Positions 40,452 to 58,154 of a stretch of 64,000 nt of DNA are shown here, in pieces. Position numbers and translations under genes: made by a program. Within the stretch, counting starts at the first letter, position 1, and the number at the start of each line of letters is the position of its first letter. The stretch lies in contig NC_043022.1 of the NCBI RefSeq assembly GCF_006345805.1, forward strand, positions 15,810,001 to 15,874,000, in the 5' to 3' direction. Under the pieces are notes generated by a model. The model saw only the letters and a program-made list of their open reading frames with translations. It was not told where the DNA came from and did not search any database. The DNA comes from Octopus sinensis. Lineage: Eukaryota.

Positions 40452-40452
<1 letters not shown>
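39938..40452 (+). repeat. RTE-tail / Meta-domain-like repeat with 6 x ~62-bp tandem units
   Basis: GCCAGCCTCGCCTGGCCCCCGTGCCAGTGGCATGTAAAAAGCACC repeated. Confidence 0.85.
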
Positions 40453-40484
<32 letters not shown>

Positions 40485-41727
40485 GAAAGTGGTGAGCTGG
40501 AAGGAACTGCTAGAAGCTGGACGAAATGCTTAGCAATATTTCACCCATTGCTACGTTCTGAGTTCAAATTCCGCTGAAGTCGACTTTGCCTTTCTTCCTT
40601 TTAGGGGTCGATAAAATAAGTACCAGTGAAACACTGGGGTCGATTTAATCGATTCATCCCCACATCCCCCAAGCTGCCCTTGTGGCAAAAATTTGAAATA
40701 ATTTATTTTATTTTCTACTCTAGGCACAAGGCCCAAAATTTTGGGGGAAGGGGGCCAGTCGATTAGATCGACCCCAGTACACAACTGGTTCTTAATTTAT
40801 TGACCCCGAAAGGATAAACGTAAGGAAATAATTGATAACGGACCAATTCTGAGGATACACCTGTGAAAATTAAAAGGAAATATAAAAGGAGAAAGGGGCT
40901 CTCTACCCCCCTTTTGACCAGGCTCCCGTGGCTTTTATGGGTTTTCCACGAGAACCCTTTCGAAGCGCTCCCCTATGGGAGTTTTAATTGTTACTTATAT
41001 TTCGTTGTCATCCTGCTTTTGTACACGGACCTTTTTCAAACGGACAAAACCCTTTGTAACTTTCGTCCTGTGTTTTGTCCCTTTATGCTTTGATTTTTGT
41101 TAGCCCTTGTGGCCAATAAACGAACAAATTATTATTATTATTATTATTATTATTAAGATAGTGAGCTGGCAGAATCATTCACTCACTGGAGAAAAAGCTC
41201 CTTACTTTGCAAGTTCAAATCCTGCCCAGGTCGACTTTGCCTTTCATCCTTTTGGGGTTGATGAAATTAGTACCAGCTGCATACTGGGGCTCAATGTAAT
41301 TGACCCACCCCCTACCCCTGGTGGTTAGCATGCCAGGCAAAATGCTAATGGCATTTCCTCCATCTCTGTTTTCTTGAGTTCAAATTCTGCTCACTTTGCT
41401 TGCCATCCTTTCAGGGTCGATAAAATAACAATTGACTTCCCCCTCCCCTCAAATTTATAAAGAATTATCATATTGAATTACAGAAGGTGATCCTGAAAAC
41501 GGTGTGTATATCTTTTATTTGCCTTTTTGCAGTCATGCTGGGCCACCATCTTGAAGGGCCTCGTTAGCCAAACGAATCAATCCCGGTGCTAACATTTTAA
41601 AGCCTGGTATTTAATGCTGTCAGGCTCTTTTGCTGATTCACTAAGTTATAGGGACATAAACAAACCAACACCAGTTGTCAGGCTGTGGTTGAAGACAAAC
41701 ACACACACTCACACAAGTATATGTAAA

Positions 41728-42052
41728 GGTTAAAGGGTAAAAACCCCCTTTGGTCATGAATGACCACGGGATTGCACCAAGAAATTCCCTGTCCAAAGCT
41801 CCAGTCTGGGCAAGGTTGCTTATGGAAGACCAGCAGTCACCCATGCATACCAGCCTCCCCTCTCCATGCCACCGATGTTATCCAAGGGAAAGGCAAAGGG
41901 GCCGATACAGTTTGGCACCTATGATGTCGCAGTTCATTTCTACAGTTGAGTGAACTGAAGTGTCTTGCTCAAGAATACAACACACACCTCTGTCTGGAAA
42001 TTGAACTCAATACTTCATGATTGTAAGCCCGATGCCCTAACCACTGAGCCAT
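41728..42052 (-). mobile_element. tRNA-derived SINE family E
   Basis: Homologous to 24280-24608. Confidence 0.65.
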
Positions 42053-42084
42053 GTGTGCTCATATGAATATGTATGGCAGATTTC

Positions 42085-42290
42085 TTCCACTTAGTTAGTT
42101 AGTTAATTTGGCTCAAAAGCAAAAAACAAGGCCATGTAGGGGGACATGGAGTTAAGTACTGGGTGGTGTTCATGTAAAGAGTTCAGGCCACTTGAGGTCA
42201 AGGGAGGCTTTGAACAAAGCGGTCATCGGCATCTTCACCATCTCGTCTGGCAGCTTGTTCCACGGATCCGCAGCTTGTTCCACTTGGCAT
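42085..42290 (-). mobile_element. CR1-like LINE extreme 3' end with (TAAC)n tail
   Basis: PWNKLPDEMVKMPMTALFKASLD; ttagttagttag tail. Confidence 0.65.
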
Positions 42291-42548
42291 CATGAATCCA
42301 TTCACAAGGTTTTGGTCAGCCTGAAGCTTTAGTAAACACTTGCCCAAGGTGCCATGCACTGGGAGAAAAATTCACAAATTCAAGTTCTTCTTAAGGAATG
42401 GTGAAGGTAGGGGTAAAACCTTGAAACATCTGCGTTAGTGCTGGTGGGGAGGTCTTTAGAAAGGTAGGGGTAAAACCTGGTGGGGAGGTCTTTAGAAATT
42501 TGTTTTTCATAAAAGGGAAAAATAATACAGGATAAATTTCTGAGAATA

Positions 42549-42713
42549 GGCGCAGGAGTGGCTGTGTGGTAAGTAGCTTGTTTACCAGCCACATGGTTCC
42601 GGGTTCAGTCCCACTGCGTGGCACCTTGGGCAAGTGTCTTCTACTATAGCCTCGGGCCGACCAAAGCCTTGTGAGTGGATTTGGTAGACGGAAACTGAAA
42701 GAAGCCCCTCGTA

Positions 42714-42756
<43 letters not shown>

Positions 42757-43040
42757 GTGTGTTTGCGTGTCTGTGTTTGTCCCCCTAGCATTGCTTGACA
42801 ACCGATGCTGGTGTGTTTGTGTGTCTGTGTTTGTCCCCCTAGCATTGCTTGACAACCGATGCTGGTGTGTTTGTGTGTCTGTGTTTGTCTCCCTAGCATT
42901 GCTTGACAACCGATGCCGTTACTTAGCGGTTCGGCAAAAGAGACCGATAGAATAAGTACTGGGCTTACAAAAGAATAAGTCCCGGGGTCGAGTTGCTCGA
43001 TTAAAGGCGGTGCTCCAGCATGGCCGCAGTCAAATGACTA
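42549..43040 (+). mobile_element. SINE family A with internal ~55-bp triplication
   Basis: TGTGTTTGTCCCCCTAGCATTGCTTGACAACCGATGC occurs three times at 42770-42916. Confidence 0.85.
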
Positions 43041-43679
43041 ACGAAAACAGATCATTTTTAGTCAAAAACCCATTTTGAATACAAACCTTTTCTAAGGAGA
43101 ACCAAATCGATTTTTTTTTTTTTTTTTTTTTTACGTGACAAAAACTTTCAAATTTAAATAAACAAGGATTGAAACACCAGTTTAAATATTAATAGCTATT
43201 TATTTCATTAATCAACTTACAATGGTGAAACATAATTTCTAAGAATTTTGGCAAAATTAAATAGAATCATTTGATGAAATTGTTTTTCTTTGAAATTTAC
43301 AATTCTGCGTTTGTGTATGTATGAATGGGTGTGTGTGAATGGGTGTGTGTGTGTGTCAGTCGTCACAAAAATGTATGTATTCTGACAGACACACACACAC
43401 CTACTTGTCGGTCATCGGCCTAACTTGGGTAATGAACGGTGCTGCGAACACACAAATAGAAAGTGTGATGTGATAGTCATTGTGGTGGTTGATATGAAGG
43501 GCCGAGAGGTTACCAAAGAGAGAAAATAACAATGTCTGAATGAAAATATAGCTTGGTTGGTAGGGAAAAGCTTGCTGGATCTTTTGGTGGTCCTTGTATG
43601 GAAATCAGGGGCCCAGTTTTGGAATGCATAAGGAACATACGCACACACACTCTCATACAAACTCTCTTTTATACATACA

Positions 43680-44005
43680 TATCATCATCATCATCATCGT
43701 TTAACGTCCGTTTTCCATGCTAGCATGGGTTGGACGGTTCAACTGGGGTCTGGGAAGCCAGAAGGCTGCACCAAGCTCTGGTCTTATCTGGCAGTGTTTC
43801 TACAGCTGGATGCCCTTCCTAACGCCAACCACTCCGAGAGTGTAGTGGGTGCTTTTTTTATGTGCCACCTGCACAGGTGCCAGACGAGGCTGGCAAATGG
43901 CCACGATCGGATGGTGCTTTTTACGTGCCACCGGCCACAATCGGATGGCGCTGGCAACGGCCACGTTCGGATGGTTCTCTTATGTGCCACCGGCACTGGT
44001 ATCTC
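43680..44005 (-). mobile_element. RTE-tail / Meta-domain-like repeat
   Basis: Reverse copy with (CAT)n tail. Confidence 0.75.
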
Positions 44006-44145
44006 AGCTATGCATATATATGTAATAGAGAGAGAGTTGTTTCTTTGGTAGCCTTATGGGTAAAGGTGCTTTATAAAGCAGAGGCATATGTTGAGGTGGG
44101 GGGTTTCAATCTCTGCCAAGTATTATAAAAGAGTTTTATTAAATA

Positions 44146-45179
44146 CTAGCAGTATCGCCCGGCGTTGCTCGGGTTGTAAGGGAAATAATTATATAAGCAT
44201 TTTTAGAGAGTTATAGCCAAAAAAATAGCAAAAAAATGCATATTAAAAATTGAAAAAAAATTAAGGTAAATTTTTCTTTAAATCGTTGACACATCGTAGA
44301 TATTTTAGAGAGTTACTTCCCTTATATAAAAGCGAAAAAAGCATTTTAAAATGGAAAAATATGATGGTAATTTTTTTTTAAATCGTAGACTCATCGTAGA
44401 CGCGCGCTAAAACCCGAAGGCTCTTTGTTATTCTGGGTAACTTTCTGTAAAATTATTAAAATTTGTTCAAACATCGCTATAGAAAAAAGGTTATTAGCTA
44501 ATATTCAATTGGGTATACAACAAAATTTTACGATAGAATTTGTTATTCTGGGTTAACTTTCTGATACCCATAATAATATTTATGGCAAAATAGGCCTTAA
44601 TTTCATTTAAGGTTGGGAAATAACAAACTATCGTTTCTTTCGTTTTGTTACGTTTAGCGTAACAGTTCGTTTCTGCCGTAATGATTTCAAATGGGCTCAT
44701 TCGAAAAAGTAAATAGAAATAGTGTAAGGCTTTACTCTTCTGGGAAAGTCTGTGGCTTGGTGCAGTTTCTTCAGAAAAATCACCGAAAGAAACAGTTTTA
44801 AATTTTCACTCCATTCAAGTACCAATTCGTTTTCTTTATCGCTGTCGGATTCACTGTTTTCACTTTAATAGCTGCCAACTTGCAAAGACAAAGGAGGAGA
44901 AGGGTGATAGCGTGAGTGAAACATTCGTCCCTTTGTGTGTGTGTGCGTTTGCGTGTGGTGTAAACCAGACTAAGAAAAGCATTTGACACACACACCAGAA
45001 TGTGAGTTTTCTGTAAATTTGCTTAATTGGAGTTTAAATTTAAAAAACTGGACCTGGCATGACGCGATGCATTGTACTCTTAAAACTGCTAGGTAAATTG
45101 TAATTGAAGAAATCCTATATTGTAGATTTGTATAACTCCCAAAGGGAGGCAGATAAAATCTGCCTTTTATAATAAGAGA
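44146..45179 (-). mobile_element. Non-autonomous Helitron containing a piggyBac fragment
   Basis: TC...hairpin-CTAG termini; internal FEIITAETNCYA...EIKAYFAINIIMGI. Confidence 0.7.
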
Positions 45180-46189
45180 TTTACATGTTTTCTAACTAGT
45201 TAGATAGGAGGGGGAAAAAGAAGGGGGGGGGGATAATTTTTACTTGGCTTTAATGGTTCAGTGAAAGAGACGGCGAGAATAAGGATCAGCCTTGAAGAAA
45301 TTAATTACAGGGATTGATTTATTTAACTAAAACCTTCAAGAAGGTGCCCCAGGTCAGCCCCACTCAAACAGCTGCAAAAAGAAAACTCTTCAGTGCATGC
45401 CCAGGGACAAGATTGAACTCTGTTGGTTACAAACAAGACAGTGGGGTAGATGGATGGAGGGTTCAGTCTCAGGTAGGGATTAGTGATAATTTTTTTTTTC
45501 TGTAAGTGTAGAAAGGGGGAAAAAAAAAAAAAAACTTTTACAAAGGCCAAGAGTGAACCTTTGTTAAAGAGGTTCATGTTGTTGCTGTGTCCATGTCCTT
45601 ACCCACAAGACCATTTAGACAACAGCAAAAACTAGTGTGAAAATAATATATTTAAACCTATCAGACTAATATAATCAATAACCAATCATTAGAATAGATT
45701 TAAATATCTTTTATTGTGGGGTAGATGGAGGTTTCAATCTCAGGTAGGGATTAGTGATTTTCTCTAGAGATGTGTTGAAAGGGGGAAGAAAGAAAACACA
45801 ATCATTACAGGCCATGGGCCAAGATTGATCCTTTGTCCAAGGGGTATATGTCTTTACCCACAGGACCATTGAGACAATACTAGTTTGAAAATGATATATA
45901 TTTAAATCTTATATAGCTATTTGATGTGGTGGTGTTCATGGTTTTCTGTGACTTTCGTAATATTTGAGGGGAGAATGTGAAATGCTCCAGAACACAACAT
46001 GCTGCCTGATTCAGGGATTGATCTCACAACCTTAATGATTATAAGCTGAACACCCTAACCACAAGGCCGTGCACTTTCATGCCAAAGTCAGTAGAGTGAT
46101 GGGTTGATTTCCATTTATATCCTGGGTTCAAGTCCTGCCAAGTCCAGCTTAGCCTTTCATTCTTCTGGGGGTCAATAAAATAAAGTATG

Positions 46190-46397
46190 GGCTGTGACTG
46201 CTGAGGACATGCGTAAGCTCCCAAGGAATGAATCCAGTATGATCCGATGGATGTGTAATGTCAGCGTGCATACTCGACCGAGTGTAAGTATCTTGAGAGA
46301 AAAGTTGGACCTAAGAAGCATCAGATGTGGTGTGCAAGAGAGACGACTGCACTGGTATGGTCATGTGGCGAGAATGGATGAGGACAGATGTGTGAAA
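46190..46397 (+). mobile_element. RTE LINE fragment
   Basis: MIRWMCNV...[19 protein letters not shown]. Confidence 0.85.
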
Positions 46398-46686
46398 ATG
46401 TATGTATGTATGTGTGTATATATGTATGTATATATATATGTATGTATATATATATGTATGTATATATGTATGTATGTATGTATATATATATGTATGTATA
46501 TATGTATGTATATATATATGTATGTATATATGTATGTATATATATATATATCTATATATATATGTATGTATATATGTATGTATATATATATATATCTATA
46601 TATATATATATGCATATATGTATATATGTATGTATATATATGTATATATATATGTATGTATGTATATATATGTATATATGTATGTA

Positions 46687-47059
46687 CTAGCAGTATCGCC
46701 CGGCGTTGCTCAGGTTTGTAAGGGAAATAACTATAAAGCATTTTAGAGATTATAGCCAAAAAATAGCAAAAAGATGGAAAAAAATGATGGTAATTTTTTT
46801 TAGTTAAAAAAGGTGGAGTTGCGTCCCCTAGACAGTTTGCGGTTTGTATTCTGATTCTCGACCCATGTCGAATTTATCGATTTTTTCAGAACTGGGAACT
46901 TTTAAAATTTTCGCTGCGTTAGTTTTGAATTATGACATTGGGCTATGTGTGTGTCAAGTTTCATCAGAATCGGTTGAAAGCCGTGGTCAGGGTGAGGGTA
47001 CGAGAAAACAGACACACAGAAACACGCACAGAAAAAACTGCCGTTTATATATAGAGAGA
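46687..47059 (-). mobile_element. Non-autonomous Helitron
   Basis: 5' TCTCTCTATATATAAACGGCAG; 3' hairpin-CTAG. Confidence 0.8.
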
Positions 47060-52155
<5,096 letters not shown>

Positions 52156-52948
52156 TCTCTCTATATATAAACGGCAGTTTGTTTGTCTGTTGTGTCTGTC
52201 AGGTTGTACCCTCACCCTGACCACGGCTTTCAAACCGATTCTGATGAAACTTGACACACACATAGCCCAATGTCATAATTCAAAACTACGCAGCGAAAAT
52301 TTTGAAAAGTTCCCCAGTTCTGAAAAAAAATCGATAAAATTCGACATGGGTCGAGAATCTAAGCTTTTTATATGCAAAACATTTTCTACAGACTGTCTAG
52401 GGTACGCAACTCGACCTTTTTAACTCTCGGAACACGTGGGGTAAGTATCCCAAAATGTATAACAATGTACAAAAACGGCAAAAAAGCGGGCAGCAATGTG
52501 AGTGACAACAACGAAAAAGTCAAAAGTGACCAAACTGAACAAACGAATGAAAAAGGTTTTTTGGTGCACACGACAAAAGCGGTTTATAATAAACCAAGAG
52601 TTTGCAAGTAGCGTCCGAGGACCCTTAGGGTACGTCAAAAATACAAGGTAAAACGTTTGGGGTGGTAGTTATAAAGAAAGTGTAAACAAAAAAAGTTTTC
52701 GAATAACTTGCGGCTGCAGCAGCTATTAGCAAAAGTTGGGGGTAAAGTCTCGAATGTAATTTCTTCCTGGTAGGAATTGGTTGGGTTGAATTATCGATAG
52801 CTGTTTGATAGTTATTTGGGAGTGAAGAGAAGACATTGCAACCTACACGATGTGCCTCCGTTCCCTAGAGGGAAAGGACTAGATTGGGATTAGTCGTTGC
52901 CTACTAGGGGCTCTTACATCCCCGGGCAACGCCGGGCTATGCTGCTAG
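52156..52948 (+). mobile_element. Non-autonomous Helitron
   Basis: 5' TCTCTCTATATATAAACGGCAG; 3' CCCGGGCAACGCCGGG...CTAG|T. Confidence 0.8.
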
Positions 52949-53210
52949 TATATAATAATAATATAAGGGAGAATAACTCCAAACTTACAGGGAAAAATTC
53001 AATTTAGTGTTAAATCAAATTTCACAGTATAGATATATAAAATAGGAATTAGAGATAAAACCACTATTAGGCAACTCAAACAGTGATAGACATCAACCAA
53101 AACATAAATATCAAATAATAAAGTTCATATATAAATATATATATATATAATATATATATATAAATAAATATATATATGTATATGTACGTGTGTATATATA
53201 TATATATATA

Positions 53211-53255
<45 letters not shown>

Positions 53256-53564
53256 ATATATATATATATGTATGTGTGTATATATATATATATATGTATG
53301 TGTGTATATATATATATATATGTATGTGTGTATATGTATATATATGTATATGTATGCTCCAGCTTTTTTCATATTAAATTGTATGTGTGTGTGTGTGTGT
53401 GTGTTCCATTTACACATACGATTGCGTGTGATGTATGTCTTGTATTTGGCTCAAGAACTTCTGCATCTATGAATAAAACAAAGAGGAGATATTTCCATGA
53501 ACCCTGTTCGAGAGGCACCACTGGTCCACCACCATTTGTCTTTTGTGTGTTTAGGGCTGCAAGA

Positions 53565-53712
53565 TTACCACCAGGTTGAAGATCTATCTCTAGCAAATGA
53601 ACTGCTGTTGGGATTTCTGTCGAATTTTGTGTTGCTTTCATTACCAAAACTTAAAGTATAATCAGAACTAGGAGGGCAGACAAGGTATCGGATTGGTTCC
53701 AGGGATGTATGT
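53565..53712 (-). other. Candidate terminal exon of an unknown gene
   Basis: Unique sequence after the acceptor CCTTTTCTATTTACAG; frame HTSLEPIRYLVCPP...SSTWW*. Confidence 0.2.
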
Positions 53713-54469
53713 CTGTAAATAGAAAAGGTAAGCATTTGAAATTGGAATTCACCACCAAACAAATGTGTGTGAATATATATATATATATATATAATTAGTG
53801 AATGGAAGAAATGGAGTTGAACGAAGATTGTACAGAATTCCTTTTATTACATTCTACACATGTTTCAAAGGCCACAATTTTCCAAATTCTGATTAAACTT
53901 TTGAATAATCTGTAACAAGAAAATTCATCTTTCCATTTCAACAAATATATATATATATATATATATAATAAACCTTTACATAAATAAATAACATGAAATA
54001 CACGAAGAGACGAACAAAAAGACAAACGGGTCATTCAAAGCCTTCATTCTTCAGTCAGAAACTGATCCCTCATCGCAGATACACACACACATATATATAT
54101 ATATATATCAGTCCAACCCATGCTAGCATGGAAAGCGGACGTTAAACGATGATGATGATGATGATATATATTCACACACATGTGTATATATATCATCATG
54201 TAGTCCGTTATTTTTTCCATAAGGCTTTACGGAAATTGCCGAAGATTTAAACCACCAACGAAACATTCATTTCTACTCTACGCCCGAGGGAATTTTTGAA
54301 AAGTAAAAATGTTGCCTTATGTAGCATTTTTCTGGTTGAAATACACCGAAAAATGGCGACAGAGCAGTAAAAAAAATCGTAAAAAATAGGGATTTTCATA
54401 GAAAAAAAGCACTTTTTTTATATAAATAATTTTTGGTTTTAACATGGTCCGATTTGAATTTTTTCGGCG

Positions 54470-55971
54470 ATGTTTCGCTTGTTTCCGTCGATTTCCGTAA
54501 AAAATGTAAACACTGAATCGGATATACATACATACATACATACATACACACATACATACACACACACATACATACACACACACACATACACATACACATA
54601 CACCGAGTAAAAAATTTCAGGGCGAAGTTTCGCATGTCGTAGCGCAGATTTCCGTCGATTTCCGTAAAAAACTTTTATTTTTTTACATAAGTAATGAGAG
54701 CGAAAGGGACTAAGAGGAAGCGATTTTACGACGAGAAGGTTCTCTTTGAAATCGGCTGTGTGTGTTGATGGGGTGTGGGAGACAGACAGTATGTTGTGTA
54801 AGTGAAGTGCTTCTGTTAGTGTGTGTGAAGAGACAGAGAGTAATGGTGAAAGAGAGATAGAGATTTTTTACTCGGTGTTTATTTTGTGTGTATATGTTAT
54901 GTATGGCATGTATGTGTATGTATGTATCCATGTATCTATGTCTGTGTGTGTGTGTAAGTATGTGTGTGTGTGTATGTATGTATGTATGTATGGCCGATTC
55001 ATCGTAATTTTTACTCGGTGTATGTGTATATGTATGTCTGCATGTATGTGTGTGTTGTATGTATCTATATGATGTGTGTATGTGTATGTATGTATGTGTG
55101 TATGTATGTATGGTCGATTCAGTGTAATTTTTTACTCGGTGTATGTGTTATATGTATATGTATGTCTGCATGTATGTGTGTGTGTATGTATCTATGTGTG
55201 TGTGTGTGTAAGTATGTGTGTGTATGTATGTATGTGTTGTGTGTGTGTATGTATCTATGTATGTGTGTGTGTTTGTATATGTTGTATGTATGTATGTACT
55301 CGGTGTATGTGTATATGTATGTCTGTCTCTTCACACACACTAACAGAAGCACTTCACTTACACAACATACTGTCTGTCTCCACACCCCATCAAACACACA
55401 CAGGCCGACTTAAAGTGAAACCTTCTCGTCGTAAAATCGCTTCTCTTAGTCTCTTTCGCTCTCATTACTTATGTAAAAAAATAAAAGTTTTTTACGGAAA
55501 TCGACGGAAATCTGTGCTACTACAACCGAAACTATGCCTTTGGTGAAGTTTCGGTTGTCGTAGCACACGTCGTAGCACCCGTTTCCGTCGATTTTCATAA
55601 AAAACTTTTATTTTTTTACATATGACGTTGCGGGAATATTTGAAGTAATGAGAGCGAAAGAGACTAAGAGGAAGCGATTTTATGACGAAGGGAATTTCTC
55701 TTTGAAGTCCGCGTGTGTGTGTTTGATGGGGTGTAGGAGACAGACGGTATGCTGTGTAAGTGAAGTGCTTCTGTTAGTGTGTGCGAAGAGACAGAGAGAG
55801 TAATGTGTGAAAGAGAGAGATAAACGGAAGGAAGAGCAAGCCTTCTTCTACTATACTCTCAATTTTGGTCAACTTGCGCCGCAGGGTCTCGGGGGAGATG
55901 GTGTTAGTTGAAGGCTACCAAACCTGCCACATACACACACACAGACAACTTCAGCTTTATGTAGAGAGAGA
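54470..55971 (-). mobile_element. Helitron-like 5' end followed by a foldback repeat
   Basis: TCTCTCTCTACATAAAGCTGAAGTTG resembles the other Helitron 5' ends; the 3' end was not found. Confidence 0.45.
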
Positions 55972-56686
55972 TGTAGTGAATCGCAGAATTAATTTCGAAA
56001 ATAGAATATCGATGACTTTTATCTGGTGCCAGTCATAAGACTGCGACCATGCTGGGGCACCACCCTGAAAGGTTTCCGTTGAACAACTCGACCCTGGGGT
56101 GCGCGAAGCTCAGCTGTTACCATACGGCGTTCGGTAAATTCAGTAAAAGTTTTTTATTTATGGAAATGTGGGTTTTCTTTGAAATCCGGAATAAAGTGAA
56201 AGGAAATGGACGAGATGGGAGGGGCGAGACAAAGTGTGTTGTGTGTGAGAGAGAGGGGGGAGAGTGACAGCATACATTTATTTATTTTTCCCCCTCGTCT
56301 TTTTCAGTGAGAGAGAGAGAGAGAGAGAGGGGTGTAAAGGAAAATTACGCTCACTCCCTCTCTCTCACATACGTAGTGCAAGACACACCTCTCTCTCTCT
56401 CTTTTTTTCACACACACACTTCTCTCTCTCTTTTTTTCACACACACACACTCCTCTCTCTCTCTCTCTCTCCTAGCCAGGCGTAGGCGGTCGATTCTACG
56501 ATCTGACTGACGCATGCACGATATATACTTGTATATCGTATATATACAAGTATATATCGTATACAAGTTCGTGCATGCGCCAGTCAGATCGTAGGATCGA
56601 CTGCCTACGTCTGGCTAGCACGGACGCGCGTCTGCGCGTGTGCGCAAACCGGGTCCACTCTATGCTACTAGTACCATATATACATA

Positions 56687-56728
<42 letters not shown>

Positions 56729-56729
56729 C

Positions 56730-56786
<57 letters not shown>

Positions 56787-56793
56787 TCATATA

Positions 56794-56835
<42 letters not shown>

Positions 56836-56881
56836 TATATATATATATACATATATATACATATATTATATTATATACATA

Positions 56882-56958
<77 letters not shown>

Positions 56959-57247
56959 TATATACATATATATATATATAATATATATATATAATATATA
57001 CATATATTATATATATACATTATATACATATATATATATATACATACATATATATATATATACATATATATATATAATAAATAGGGAATATATCCAAATT
57101 TACAGGAAAAAAATCAGATTTAGGATTAAATCCAATTTTATAGTAAAATATTATAAAATATTATTTGAGACAAAACCACTATTTTGCAAAACAAACAAGG
57201 AAAGACTTAATCAATACATAAAATTTAATAAATAGTCAAAAAAACCG

Positions 57248-57290
57248 CCACTACAATCGTTTCTTGTCTTGATCGACAATCTTCAGGTGG
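57248..57290 (-). ncRNA. Minimal hammerhead ribozyme, inverted copy
   Basis: Exact reverse complement of 57351-57393. Confidence 0.75.
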
Positions 57291-57350
57291 ACTTCCAATA
57301 ATTCAGTTACAAATTATGAAGTCATAATTTGTAACTGAATTATTGGAAGT

Positions 57351-57393
57351 CCACCTGAAGATTGTCGATCAAGACAAGAAACGATTGTAGTGG
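57351..57393 (+). ncRNA. Minimal type I hammerhead ribozyme (Penelope-type)
   Basis: ccac CTGAAGA ttgtc-gatcaa-gacaa GAAAC gatt GTA gtgg: stem I ccac/gtgg, stem II ttgtc/gacaa, intact core, GUA cleavage triplet. Confidence 0.75.
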
Positions 57394-57638
57394 CGGTTTT
57401 TTTGACTATTTATTAAATTTTATGTATTGATTAAGTCTTTCCTTGTTTGTTTTGCAAAATAGTGGTTTTTTCTCAAATAATATTTTATACATATATATAT
57501 ATATACATATATATATTATATATATATATACATACATATATATCATACATATATATATATACATACATATATATATACATACATATATATATATATTACA
57601 CATAATATATATATACATACAATATATACATACATATA

Positions 57639-57679
<41 letters not shown>

Positions 57680-57753
57680 ATACATACATATAATATATAA
57701 TATATACTTATATATATATTATATATAATATATATATTATATATATACTTATA

Positions 57754-57799
<46 letters not shown>

Positions 57800-58154
57800 A
57801 TGAGTGTGTTTGTATCTGTCCCCCCAACATTGCTAGTCAACCGATGCTGGTGTGTTTACGTCCCCGTAACTTAGCGGTTCGGCCAAAGGGACGAAAAGCA
57901 AAGCTAAAAGAAGTCTGGCAGAAAATTACAAACGAAAAGTGTAGATTATACTTACGATTCAAAAAAGTCTATTTGTACACCATTCTAGTGTTCAATTTTC
58001 TAAAATTATATTGAATTCATCATGTATGCAAACAATGCCTTATAAATTTGGAGAGTGTGTTTTTATAGTTGGCAGTCTTTGGGGATTGTGTTAAGACGAA
58101 ATCGTTTACCCACACACTCACATAAAGAAATTAGGCTGGAAAAGAGGGTGAATG

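Larger units (their letters stand above)
57080..57489. mobile_element. Penelope-like element terminal remnant forming an inverted repeat
   Basis: 168-bp arms (57152-57319 and 57322-57489) with a 2-nt loop, containing hammerheads, embedded in (TA)n. The 5' part resembles 52965-53120. Confidence 0.65.

Noticed and set aside
45440-45910. Diverged ~275-bp local duplication
   Set aside because: Old, non-coding, no informative features.
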